A DNA stretch of 64,000 nt from positions 832,001-896,000 of the forward strand of contig CAWDVR010000003.1 in assembly GCA_963805975.1 (NCBI GenBank), given 5' to 3'. The notes under the pieces were generated by a model. The model worked only from the letters and a program-made list of their open reading frames with translations, was not told where the DNA came from and did not search any database. The translations under genes and the position numbers were made by a program. Positions 38,257 through 47,126 of the stretch are shown piece after piece (positions within the stretch are counted from its first letter, which is position 1; each line of letters opens with the position of its first letter). The stretch comes from an uncultured Acidobacteriota bacterium. Its GTDB lineage: Bacteria > Acidobacteriota > Thermoanaerobaculia > Multivoradales > SZUA-115.

Positions 38257-39356
38257 TCGCGCGTCCTCTCGCGACCGTGGGGGCAGGCTTCGAGCTCGAA
38301 GGCCGCTTCGTCCATGCCACGCCCCACGGCAGCGGCCATATGAACGAGACCTACGCGGTGACCCTGGAGCAAGGCGGGGCGCGCTGCCGCTACGTTCTGC
38401 AGCGCCTCAACAGCCACGTCTTCACCGACCCGCAAGCCATGATGGCCAACGTCGAGCGGGTGACGCGGCACCTCTCGGCGCAGCTCGAAGCCGAGGGCGT
38501 GCCGGACGTCGACCGGCGAGTGCTCAGCTGGGTCCCGGCGCGTGGCGGCGGCCTCCTCTTCCGTGATCCGGAGGGCGCCGCGTGGCGTGCCTGCCGCTTC
38601 GTCGAGGGGGCCCGCTCGGTCGACGTGCCGGAATCTCCACGCCAGGCCTACGAGGCGGCGCGTGCCTTCGGCCTCTTCCAGCTCCGTCTGCTGGAGCTGC
38701 CGGCGGCGAGCCTCGGGGTGACGCTCCCCGGCTTCCACCACACCGTCGAGCGCCTGGGCCACTTCCGCGCCGTGCTGGCCGCGGACCCCGCCGGGCGCGC
38801 CGCCTCCTGCGGCCCCGAGATCGAGCTCGCCCTGTCGCGCGAGGAGCTGGCCGCGAGCCTCCTCGACCTGGCCGCCGCCGGCGCCATGCCCTGGCGCGTC
38901 ACCCACAACGACTGCAAGGTGAACAACGTGCTGCTCGACGACGCCACCGGTGAGGGCCTGTGCGTCGTCGACCTCGACACCGTGATGCCGGGGCTCGCGC
39001 TCTGGGACTTCGGCGATCTGGTGCGCACCGCCACCTGCCGGGCCGCCGAGGACGAGCGCGCTCTCGGCCGGGTGGAGGTGGAGCCGGAGCTGTTCGCGGC
39101 CGTGGCCCGCGGCTACCTCTCGGCCATGGGGCCGTACCTCACCGCCGCCGAGCGGGATCACTTGGTGACGGCGGGCCAGCTCATCACTTTCGAGACCGGC
39201 CTGCGGTTCCTGACCGATCATCTGGATGGCGACCGCTACTTCCGCATCCACCGGCCGGGCCACAATCTGGACCGTTGCCGCAGCCAGTTCGCGCTGCTCG
39301 CCTCGCTCGAACGGCGCGAGGCGGAGCTCTCGCGGCTGGCCGCGGGCCCGTTCTGA
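38253..39356 (+). CDS. APH-family sugar kinase (N-acetylhexosamine 1-kinase-like)
   Basis: GSGHMNETY, YVLQRLN, RVTHNDCKVNNVL, VDLDTVMPG, DFGD, RFLTDHLDGD.YF; GTGA overlap. Confidence 0.88.
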   Translation: MIARPLATVGAGFELEGRFVHATPHGSGHMNETYAVTLEQGGARCRYVLQRLNSHVFTDPQAMMANVERVTRHLSAQLEAEGVPDVDRRVLSWVPARGGGLLFRDPEGAAWRACRFVEGARSVDVPESPRQAYEAARAFGLFQLRLLELPAASLGVTLPGFHHTVERLGHFRAVLAADPAGRAASCGPEIELALSREELAASLLDLAAAGAMPWRVTHNDCKVNNVLLDDATGEGLCVVDLDTVMPGLALWDFGDLVRTATCRAAEDERALGRVEVEPELFAAVARGYLSAMGPYLTAAERDHLVTAGQLITFETGLRFLTDHLDGDRYFRIHRPGHNLDRCRSQFALLASLERREAELSRLAAGPF

Positions 39357-39367
39357 TCTCCTGACCG

Positions 39368-40315
39368 CTACAGGTCCACGACTCTCGAGCCCTGCTCCTG
39401 GTCGGTGTCGAGCTCGCCGCTGACCGTGAAGCCCAGCCTGGGAGGGCTCACCAGGCGCAGGCCATAGGTGTCGCCGATCGAGCCTTCCACCAGCCACTGC
39501 ACCAGGTGCTGGCCGGGCTCGATCGTCACCGGCAGTGACTCGTCCTCCCGCCAGGAGAGCATGCGGCCGTCGATGTCGACGTCCAGCCGCCGCGCCGTGC
39601 CGAAGCGGCGGACGACCACCTCGACTCCGGCTGGACCAGGCGATGGGGCGGCGGTGGCTGCCGCCGGCGCCGCGGGAGCCTCGGCAGGAGCTGGCGTGGG
39701 GGCCGGAGCGGGAGTCTTGGGCCGAGCCGGAGCCTTGGTGGGCGCAGGAGCCTTGGGCTTCGGACTGGCCGGGGTTGCCGCCTTGGCTACGGGAATCGGC
39801 TTGCGCTTCATAACCGGCTTCGGGGCCGGCCTGGGCACGGGCTTGGGAGACCGCTTGGGGGCGGCTTTGGGTTTGACCGCAGCTCGGGCTCGGCTCGGCG
39901 CCTTCGACTTCGGGGCCGGCTTGGTGGCGGCCTTCGGCCGGGCCGCCGGCTTCGCTGCCTTGGCCGAGGTCTTGGCCTTGCCGGCGGCGACCTTGGTGAC
40001 GGGCTTCTTCGCCTTGGCGGCCGGCCGCTTGGCCGCGGCCTTCGCGGCTCCGCGCCCGGTCTTGACGGCGGTCGCGCGGGCTGCCGGCTTCGCCTTGATC
40101 GGGGATTTCTTTGCGGGGGCCTTCTTGCCGGCGGCAGGCTTGCGAGCCGCGGGCCGCTTGGCGGCAGCGCCCTTCTTCGGCGCCGGGGTCTTCGGTGTCG
40201 GCTTCTTCGTCGTCGCCTTCTTCTTGGCCGCGGTCTTCTGAGCCTTGGCGGCGGGCTTGCCCGCTCCGCTGGTCCGGCCGGCCTGCTTCTTAGCGCTCTT
40301 CTTCACAGTTGCCAT
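39368..40315 (-). CDS. Histone H1-like Lys/Ala/Pro-rich protein with small C-terminal beta domain
   Basis: GGAGG RBS; about 220 aa of AAKK/PAAK/PKP low-complexity sequence, then a globular about 70-aa tail. Confidence 0.75.
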   Translation of the reverse strand: MATVKKSAKKQAGRTSGAGKPAAKAQKTAAKKKATTKKPTPKTPAPKKGAAAKRPAARKPAAGKKAPAKKSPIKAKPAARATAVKTGRGAAKAAAKRPAAKAKKPVTKVAAGKAKTSAKAAKPAARPKAATKPAPKSKAPSRARAAVKPKAAPKRSPKPVPRPAPKPVMKRKPIPVAKAATPASPKPKAPAPTKAPARPKTPAPAPTPAPAEAPAAPAAATAAPSPGPAGVEVVVRRFGTARRLDVDIDGRMLSWREDESLPVTIEPGQHLVQWLVEGSIGDTYGLRLVSPPRLGFTVSGELDTDQEQGSRVVDL

Positions 40316-40469
40316 GGCTTCCCTCCGTGGACGGTTTCGACTCCGCGACCGAGCGCCGGAGGCGGCCGGCGGAACCTTTCGGCCGCACCACCCGAGCCCA
40401 GGTTTTCGTTCGCGCAAGCATAGCCGCAGTTCCACACCCAAGGCGCTGGTGTAATATCCCGGCCCCTGG

Positions 40470-40546
40470 GCCGGCTTAGCTCAGTTGGCAAGAGCGCCTG
40501 ACTGTGGATCAGGAGGTCTCCGGTTCAAGTCCGGAAGCCGGTACCA
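40470..40546 (+). tRNA. tRNA-His (GUG)
   Basis: Acceptor GCCGGCT/AGCCGGT, D-arm AGCTCAGTTGGCAAGAGC, anticodon stem CCTGA/TCAGG with GTG at 40504-40506, T-loop GGTTCAAGTCC, encoded CCA; TAATAT -10 box upstream. Confidence 0.95.
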
Positions 40547-40800
40547 TTTTGCTTTGGCGTGCTTCGAGAGCTGTAAGTCCTTGAAAAGTAAGCAGGTAGC
40601 GGCGGTTTTAAAACCCTCCTGCTGATAGGCGAGCCCTTGAGGGAAGATGGTTGCCTGGAGGCGCTGCTTCTGCTCGGGAGCCGCCTCCCGCCAGAGACCG
40701 CCGGGTCGCTCCGCACTAGGGTGGCGAAGTTGAGCAGGCCCTCCAGATCCACGGGTTCCTCGATTTCCTCCGCCAGCCCAGCCTTGCCCTCCATCTCCAG
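40547..40800 (-). mobile_element. C-terminal remnant of a large serine recombinase/integrase reading into the tRNA 3' end (frameshifted)
   Basis: DLEGLLNFA...LWREAAPEQKQRLQATIFPQGLAY...FKTAATCLLF split across two frames; directly abuts the tRNA CCA. Confidence 0.6.
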
Positions 40801-40866
40801 TAGGGAAGGTCGCGAGCGAGGCACGCCGCAGTACGCGAGGCCTGCTCCGAGCCAACTTGGGTCAGT

Positions 40867-41381
40867 CTAGGCACTCTCGGCGCGTGCCAGCGCAGCTTTC
40901 AGGTCTCTGCGCAGCACAGGCTCTGCCTCGTACTGGCGAAGAACGGTGAGGTGGCCGTCTGTCTCGAGGGTGGCGAGCTTGATATCGGGGAGGTCTTTCT
41001 CTTCGAGGCCAACGCGCCGCAACTCCGCCGACAGCTCCGCCTCGTTGATGCGTTCGCGAGCCAGGCCAGGGTATTGTACGGTGCCGTCTTTGATGACCAC
41101 CACGGGATTTCCCGACAGTATCCTCTCGATAGTCGGCTCCTGTAGGTGATGAGGGAGTTCAGATAGTGAAGGCCGGCTGCCGTGCCGCTGGCCACTGCTC
41201 CCTTGGCCAAGGTGATGTTACCGAAGATCACCTCGTCGGCGAGCTCTCCCAAGATCAGAGCTACGACGAAGTCGAAGGCCGAGAAGGCGCCGATCTCACG
41301 CTTGCCGAGGAGACGGACAAGCACCAAGAGATAGGCATAGACGACCAGGGCACGCAGGGCGATGGATAGGAGCTCGTTCAT
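40867..41381 (-). pseudogene. YetF/DUF421 membrane protein, frameshifted near 41135
   Basis: RLLGKREIGAFSAFDFVVALILG in one frame; G.PVVVIKDG...EL..ELR..G...ATLETDGHLTV in another. Confidence 0.82.
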
Positions 41382-41433
41382 GTGGGCCTCCCTGTGGGCA
41401 GAGCGGGCTGATGGGCAGGAGCAGTCCGCACAC

Positions 41434-41449
41434 AGCAACAAAGGTGCCA
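41434..41449 (-). promoter_or_regulatory. Sigma-54 promoter (-24/-12) for the DUF421 gene
   Basis: Minus strand reads TGGCAC-CTTTG-TTGCT, an exact TGGCAC-N5-TTGCW match about 50 bp upstream of the ATG. Confidence 0.7.
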
Positions 41450-41527
41450 TGAAAACCTTGCCCTGATGCGCTGAGGGGGATCACCGTCCACTGGCAATGG
41501 CTAGCTGATGAGCTGCCGGGCGCCACC

Positions 41528-42472
41528 TCACTTGTGCCGCGCCGCGGTCTTCGCCTCTCGAAGCCGATGCTCACGAAAGAATGCCCACATCTGGCCCGTG
41601 GCGTCAACGCCGTGGCTGGTGGGTCCGACCCACCATTCCGGCAGCAGCGGCTTGCCGCCGGGCCAGGTGTGGCCTCCCCCTTCGATGGTGTAGAGCACCA
41701 CGTCCGCGTCGTCAGCGCAGTCCGTGTACACGCTACGGCTGACATCCGTCGCCACCGCAGAATCAATGGGGCCGAGCGAGCACCGGTTTCTTCGTGCCCA
41801 ATTCGCCGCCCATGTCGGCACGTCCGGAAACCGACTGTTGGCCGCCCAGGACGTCCCGCCCTTGTAGGGAACCTGGCGATCGGCCGTACCATGAAACGAA
41901 ATCATCGGCACCGCTCGACGGTCGGTGCACCAGCTCCATGGCACCATGTGCGCAGCCGCCACCATCCCGACCGCGGCAATTCGATCGGATAGCATGCAGG
42001 AAAGAACGAACGCCATACAGCCACCGTTGGACAGCCCATCCGCGTAGATGCGAGTCGGGTCGATGTTGTAGGCTGCCCCCACCGTGTCGATCAGCTCCGA
42101 AATGAATTGGACCTCCTTCCTCTGACCTGTCTCGCTATTCACCCGCCATCCACGGGGTCCAGACCCTCGCATTCCTGACGGGTAGACGACAATGAAACCG
42201 TACGTATCGGCCACCGTGTTCCACTCACTCGTTTCCTTCTGAGCGGCCCCCCACATCGCCCCGCCATGCATGCTGATGACGAGCGGTGTGGGTTTGGTTG
42301 GGTCATAGCTCTTCGGGACGTACAGCAAGTAGTCCCGTGTCTCCCCCGAGGACACGAACGAACCGTTGGATCGATTCGAGACGAAAAAAGAAACGGCCTC
42401 GAACAGTACCAACAAAACCGGCAGGCTGATGAGCACCAGCACGGCGGCGATGACTCCCCTGCGGCTCTTCAT
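41528..42472 (-). CDS. PHB depolymerase/LpqC-family esterase
   Basis: PLVISMHG, FIVVYPSG, IDPTRIYADGLSNGG, FHGTAD, GGGHTWPG. Confidence 0.88.
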   Translation of the reverse strand: MKSRRGVIAAVLVLISLPVLLVLFEAVSFFVSNRSNGSFVSSGETRDYLLYVPKSYDPTKPTPLVISMHGGAMWGAAQKETSEWNTVADTYGFIVVYPSGMRGSGPRGWRVNSETGQRKEVQFISELIDTVGAAYNIDPTRIYADGLSNGGCMAFVLSCMLSDRIAAVGMVAAAHMVPWSWCTDRRAVPMISFHGTADRQVPYKGGTSWAANSRFPDVPTWAANWARRNRCSLGPIDSAVATDVSRSVYTDCADDADVVLYTIEGGGHTWPGGKPLLPEWWVGPTSHGVDATGQMWAFFREHRLREAKTAARHK

Positions 42473-44109
42473 CGATGCCGATTCCACGCGAGCGCCAGCG
42501 GTGCCGCCGAGAGCCGCGCCAGCGGGATCGCCAGGATCGCGACGAGCGCGAGCACGTAGCGCGGAAAGAACGGCGTGGAGAAAAACCAAACGAGCACGCC
42601 GTAAAGAGCGAGCACGACGACGCACCAGCAGGCCGCTCCGGTCACCAGCGCGCGGTCGCTCAGCAGACGGCTGCGATAGAGGCGCGTGGCGACCCAGCAA
42701 GCCGCGGACGTCTTGAGGCAGACCAGAATCGCCAGGAGCAAAGGCAGCGCGTCCCACAACGCACCCTGCACTCTCCTGCTATCGATGATCCATTGGGCGA
42801 TCGGCCCGATGAGGAAAAGCAAGGCCAACGTGACAAATACGCTTCCTTTGATGAGCCGCTCGCGGCCGGTGAGGCCGATGTAGAGACTCTGTACGAGCTG
42901 CTTCCAGGTCGAAGCGATGAATCCCGCGAGGACGAGCAGCACGAGCACGGCCGTGCGGAGCGTGCCGATTTCCTCAGCGAGCCGACGCGCTCGGTCCATA
43001 ACCACGGGCCAGGTGCCCGACCACTCGAGCGCCAACGGGACGGCGACGAGCACGAGCAGCCACGTGGCCAGGGTGCTCCACATCGTCGCCTTGAGTTTGG
43101 CGGCGATGAGCTCTGCGTCGGTCAGCGGCCGTGTCGCGATGAAGGGCGTCACCCCGCCGTGTCCATCGCTGATGGGAGGACTCGACTTGCGGACCGTCGC
43201 AGCGACCAGGGCGCCCATGAGGACGGGCGTGAACACGACGCCGAGCAGGATGACGAAGACGAGCCCGAATACGTTATCGGCGGTCCAGAGCAGCGCCAGC
43301 TCGAAAGGCAGCAGGATCGCGATCAGCGCGGGGAGGGACCACCCATGACGCCGCCACTCGAACCACGTGTGCGCACGAGCGGGCGAGGCAAAACGCCGTA
43401 GTTGCGGCGGCCGGTCGTTCGCGATGGCCGCTACGCGAGCGAACGCTCGCCGCCCATCGGGCACGTCGCCGCGACGAGCGCGCGCCAGAGCGAGGCGCGC
43501 GGCGACATACGCGAGCGGCACGTGCGGCGCCAGGATCGCCACCATGACAGCCTCGGGCGCCTTGTAGTGGAGGGCCAGCATGACGACCGAGTCGATTGTG
43601 ACCAGCCACAGCACGGTGACGATGACTCGCAGTCCCCTGAGACCATACGGCATCCAGGTCAGGGCCTGGGTCCATGCGAGCAGCGACGCGGCGAGGAGCG
43701 CCGGCCAAATGGATGGGATGTCGAACCCCGATGGCCAGACGACGAAGAGCCGCGTTGCCACCCACAGGACCGCCATGGCCACGGAGCCATAGAGCATCGG
43801 CCAGCCGGCCAATGCGGCGGTCGTCACCGGCAGTGTGAACATGCGTGCCGGGTACATCGATTGGCGCGCGGCGAGGTCACCGGACAGGCCGAAGCTGAAC
43901 ACCGCCAAGAAGTACGTGAACGTCGCCGTCAGCGGCACGACCACGACGAATGCGAAGCTTTGCGGCGTGTCCATGCGGATCGCCTGTCCCGACGCAACGA
44001 CGAGGACCTTGATCGTTCCGAGGACGACCAGGTAGACGGTCAGAGCGATCAGACCCCAGCGATGCCGCCGGCGAAATTCCCAGCCGATCGCGAAAGCAGT
44101 GGAGCGCAC
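42469..44109 (-). CDS. Polytopic membrane protein, probable ABC exporter permease
   Basis: Two homologous halves beginning WE.RRH.W; many TMs; directly follows an ABC ATPase. Confidence 0.7.
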   Translation of the reverse strand: MRSTAFAIGWEFRRRHRWGLIALTVYLVVLGTIKVLVVASGQAIRMDTPQSFAFVVVVPLTATFTYFLAVFSFGLSGDLAARQSMYPARMFTLPVTTAALAGWPMLYGSVAMAVLWVATRLFVVWPSGFDIPSIWPALLAASLLAWTQALTWMPYGLRGLRVIVTVLWLVTIDSVVMLALHYKAPEAVMVAILAPHVPLAYVAARLALARARRGDVPDGRRAFARVAAIANDRPPQLRRFASPARAHTWFEWRRHGWSLPALIAILLPFELALLWTADNVFGLVFVILLGVVFTPVLMGALVAATVRKSSPPISDGHGGVTPFIATRPLTDAELIAAKLKATMWSTLATWLLVLVAVPLALEWSGTWPVVMDRARRLAEEIGTLRTAVLVLLVLAGFIASTWKQLVQSLYIGLTGRERLIKGSVFVTLALLFLIGPIAQWIIDSRRVQGALWDALPLLLAILVCLKTSAACWVATRLYRSRLLSDRALVTGAACWCVVVLALYGVLVWFFSTPFFPRYVLALVAILAIPLARLSAAPLALAWNRHR

Positions 44110-44112
44110 GAC

Positions 44113-44862
44113 CTAGGCGCCCGAGACTGAGGCTGGCATCCCGACCCGTGTGACGAAGATCTCATCAAGGGAGGGCACGCGTCCGGCGATGCTGTGCGAT
44201 TCCTTGATCGCGCCGAGCGGCGCGCTCAGTAGGATCCTGCCGTGGCTGATCATCGTCACATGATCGGCAACCTGCTCTACTTCATCCAATAGGTGCGACG
44301 AGAAGAGCACGGTGCGGCCTTCATCGGCGATGGTGCGAATGACGGCACCGAGAATGTCGCGTCGCACGATCGGGTCGAGGCCGGACGACGGCTCATCCAG
44401 CACCAGTAATTCCGGCCGATAGGCCAGCGCGAGGAGCAGCCCTAATCGCGCCTTCTGCCCCTTGGAGAGATGCCTGATTCTCGCTGAGGGGTCGAGCGCG
44501 AACGTCTGCCGCAGCTCCTCGGCGTACGCATCGTCCCAGGCCGGATAGAAGGAGCGCGAGTACCGGATGAGCTCGTCGACGCGCATCCAGCCGGGGAGGT
44601 CGTTTTCCTCGGAGAGATAGCCGATCCGCGACAGAACGCCGACCGGATCGGCGACGGGATCGAGGCCGAAGACACGCACGGATCCGCTTTCCGCACGCAG
44701 CAGACCCAGGATGTGCTTGATGAGCGTTGTCTTGCCCGCTCCGTTTGCGCCGACGAGGCCGTAGACCACGCCACAGGGCAGGGCCAGTGTCACCGAGGCC
44801 AGGGCCGTGGTGGCGCCGAAGCGGCGCGTCAGGTCCGAGACGCTGATGACCGATTCACTCAC
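44113..44862 (-). CDS. ABC transporter ATP-binding protein
   Basis: GANGAGKT, LSKGQ, LVLDEPSSGLD, SSHLL. Confidence 0.92.
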   Translation of the reverse strand: MSESVISVSDLTRRFGATTALASVTLALPCGVVYGLVGANGAGKTTLIKHILGLLRAESGSVRVFGLDPVADPVGVLSRIGYLSEENDLPGWMRVDELIRYSRSFYPAWDDAYAEELRQTFALDPSARIRHLSKGQKARLGLLLALAYRPELLVLDEPSSGLDPIVRRDILGAVIRTIADEGRTVLFSSHLLDEVEQVADHVTMISHGRILLSAPLGAIKESHSIAGRVPSLDEIFVTRVGMPASVSGA

Positions 44863-44910
44863 TCTCGAAGCACCTGCTCCAGGGCCAGTCCTCAATTCGC
44901 TTGCCCGTCT

Positions 44911-45150
44911 TCACGATCGCCCACCCGTGGGGTTGCCTGGCGAGGAGGCTTTCTCGGCTGCCGCATGGAGGATCATGGTCTGTCCGACCGCCAGTCGACC
45001 GATGTGAGTGACCGCGCCATAGATTCCCGCGGTGTTCTGGTTCGCACGAACGACCGCCTTTAGCACTTCTGGAGCAGGGCTCGCGGAATCGGGATCAAGG
45101 TTCACCATCGAGCAGCGAACGTCGCGCATCGTCACGGTGACGGCGGGGGC
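44911..45150 (-). pseudogene. MOSC domain protein, C-terminal fragment
   Basis: RDVRCSMVNLDPD...NTAGIYGAV...GRLAVGQ; N-terminus missing. Confidence 0.65.
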
Positions 45151-45254
45151 GTCGCCATCGCCTCTACATGTCCGATTTCTAAAGGCATTCTCGATCCGAT
45201 TCCGTCCAACGTTCGAGCTAACCAACCTGCCGTGGCGGGTCCGTTGAGCTAGGG

Positions 45255-45830
45255 CTAGGCGCTGCCTCTAACATTTGCACTGCCTGCGTGCGCGGCGCCA
45301 ATCCTGCGGATGATCCGGTCCATGCGCCCGCGGGCATGGCGCAAGTGGAGTATTGGGTAGGCATTGACGAGCACCTGCGCCGCCGAAAACCAAGCTACGA
45401 CGTTCCACATGCCACTTAGTCCAGCGAGCATGACATACGGTGTGAACAGAACGGCTGCCCAGAAGTGAGTGGCTTCTGCTGACTCAGCCTGAAGGCGAAC
45501 CTGGAGAGGTTGTCTGCACTCTCGATCGAGGTACACGGTGGAGTTCAGGTAGCGAAGTGGAGTCTGGCGAAGTAGTTTGCCAAAGCTAAAAACTCCAAGC
45601 CGACGATACACATTGCCCTCTAGCTCCCAGTGGCGAAGTGGGCGAAGCGCGCTCGGCATTTTCAGTATGAACAGGGGCTCGGCAACTTTGGCGATGCCGA
45701 GAAAGTAGAACATGAGAAGCAGTACCAGCCATGGCGAAGTGACGCCAATGACCCTCCTAAGTAATACGAACGAAACACCAAACGCAAGCATGACGGCCAG
45801 CAGGGCCAGTGCATGCAGCCACAGACGCAT
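45255..45830 (-). CDS. Membrane protein resembling the CrtO-like (glycosyl-4,4'-diaponeurosporenoate acyltransferase) family
   Basis: AAGGAG RBS; YRRLGV..F, AEATHFW, NAYPILHLR..R.R; lower GC than the backbone. Confidence 0.55.
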   Translation of the reverse strand: MRLWLHALALLAVMLAFGVSFVLLRRVIGVTSPWLVLLLMFYFLGIAKVAEPLFILKMPSALRPLRHWELEGNVYRRLGVFSFGKLLRQTPLRYLNSTVYLDRECRQPLQVRLQAESAEATHFWAAVLFTPYVMLAGLSGMWNVVAWFSAAQVLVNAYPILHLRHARGRMDRIIRRIGAAHAGSANVRGSA

Positions 45831-46056
45831 AGGACACTCCTTGCGACTCCCGACTAGCGCTTCTTATTTCGACGGCTCCACCCCTTCGGCATCCTTGAGA
45901 CGCTTCCCCCGTCCGCTGAAGTTTTCGAAGCCACCGCGTGCCGGCCCGCCTAATGCTTTCGGATGCCAGTAGTTTGAGCGATTCTAGTCGAATTGCAATG
46001 GGAGTCAAAGCGGCCAGGCAGGCCGGTGAGCAGTCGCCTAGAATCGCCGCAGACCG

Positions 46057-46208
46057 ATGCTCTACGAGAGGCTCAATAAGACATGCAGCGAACGGTGGAC
46101 GAGCTCGCCGAGCGAATCTGTCCCCTCCCGTGGGCGCGGAGGAGCGATCTGTTGATAGAGGCCTCTCAGCCCTTGGCGGACCAGCTCGAGGGTGACGCGG
46201 CACCGTAG
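46057..46208 (+). pseudogene. Truncated, frameshifted paralog of the 56719-57051 hypothetical gene
   Basis: MLYERLN/-DMQRTVDELAERICPLPWARRSDLLIEASQPLADQLEGDAA aligns with VLYEKLNSDMQRTVDEFTERIRLLPWARKSDLLVEASRPFADQFEGDAA. Confidence 0.8.
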
Positions 46209-46244
46209 TAGAGTGAGAAGAGAAGCCCCAAAAGGAGAGACAAC

Positions 46245-46517
46245 ATGAAGGCTCCGCACGCTCTCGTCTTCGCCTTGCTGGCGCTCGTTGTGATGGCTGC
46301 CGCGCCCGGCCCGACCGAGAATGCACCTGAGCTCGCCCTGCCGGGCCTCGCGCCAGCCGATCCTAGCGAGATCGACGCGCCGGCTCCGCAGCCCTTGATC
46401 AATCCCTGCTTCGCACAGTGTCTCGCGATCCGCGAGGAGTGCGATGCCGGCTGCTCGACTAGCCAATGCCACCGCGAGTGCCGGGACTCCGCGATCGAGT
46501 GCATTAGCCACTGCTGA
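46245..46517 (+). CDS. Secreted prepropeptide with an 8-Cys core (four CX3C motifs)
   Basis: AAGGAG RBS; signal peptide, acidic Pro-rich pro-region, core CFAQCLAIREECDAGCSTSQCHRECRDSAIECISHC. Confidence 0.78.
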   Translation: MKAPHALVFALLALVVMAAAPGPTENAPELALPGLAPADPSEIDAPAPQPLINPCFAQCLAIREECDAGCSTSQCHRECRDSAIECISHC

Positions 46518-46639
46518 GCCCAGCCCAGAGGCGCCTTGCGGTCGGTCCCGCCGCGCGCACAGCTGGCGGGACGGCGATACGAAGGCCACCGCCGGCGCCA
46601 CCCGCGCTCCGCCCCGGGGGGACCGTCCCTGCGACGTCG

Positions 46640-46745
46640 TTGCCGCCGTGTCGTCCGACACCGAAGATCGCCAGAATGTTGGGGTGAGATAGCGCCGCGA
46701 GAACCTTCGTCTCGCGCTCGAAGCGCACCTGGCCGCTGCGTCGGA
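46640..46745 (-). pseudogene. Fragment of a Hanks-type Ser/Thr protein kinase (subdomains III-IV)
   Basis: RFERETKVLAALSHPNILAIFGVGRHGG. Confidence 0.6.
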
Positions 46746-47126
46746 CGGTAGGAGGTCGCTCCCGGCGAGCTGCTCCAGGCTAGGCTGGTCGACGTGGGCG
46801 CCACGGTCCGGCGCCAGCGGATGCCGGCTCGCTTGGCTGACCGCCCGCAGCTCGCCCCCTGGAGATGACCTCGAAGGCGCCCTGGCAATGGTCGGGAAGC
46901 GTGAGAACCTGCCCGGCACCAGGCAGCTTCTCCGGCCTGAGGAAGAGGACGTAGGACCGGGCAGGGGTCAGCTCGACGACCGCGTGCTCCATCATGTCGA
47001 GATCCGCAACCGGCGGGCCGCCGGCCCGGTTCCATCGGAGTGAGCCGCTGCTACCATTGCAGGATGGTGGCCTCGAGGTCTGCCCCCAGATGTACAGATT
47101 GGCGGAGCGAGGACTGTAGCTCACGG

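Noticed and set aside
46780-47000. Short minus-strand ORF remnant (ELTPARSYVLFLRP...QGAFEV)
   Set aside because: Looks like a gene fragment but cannot be assigned to a family.
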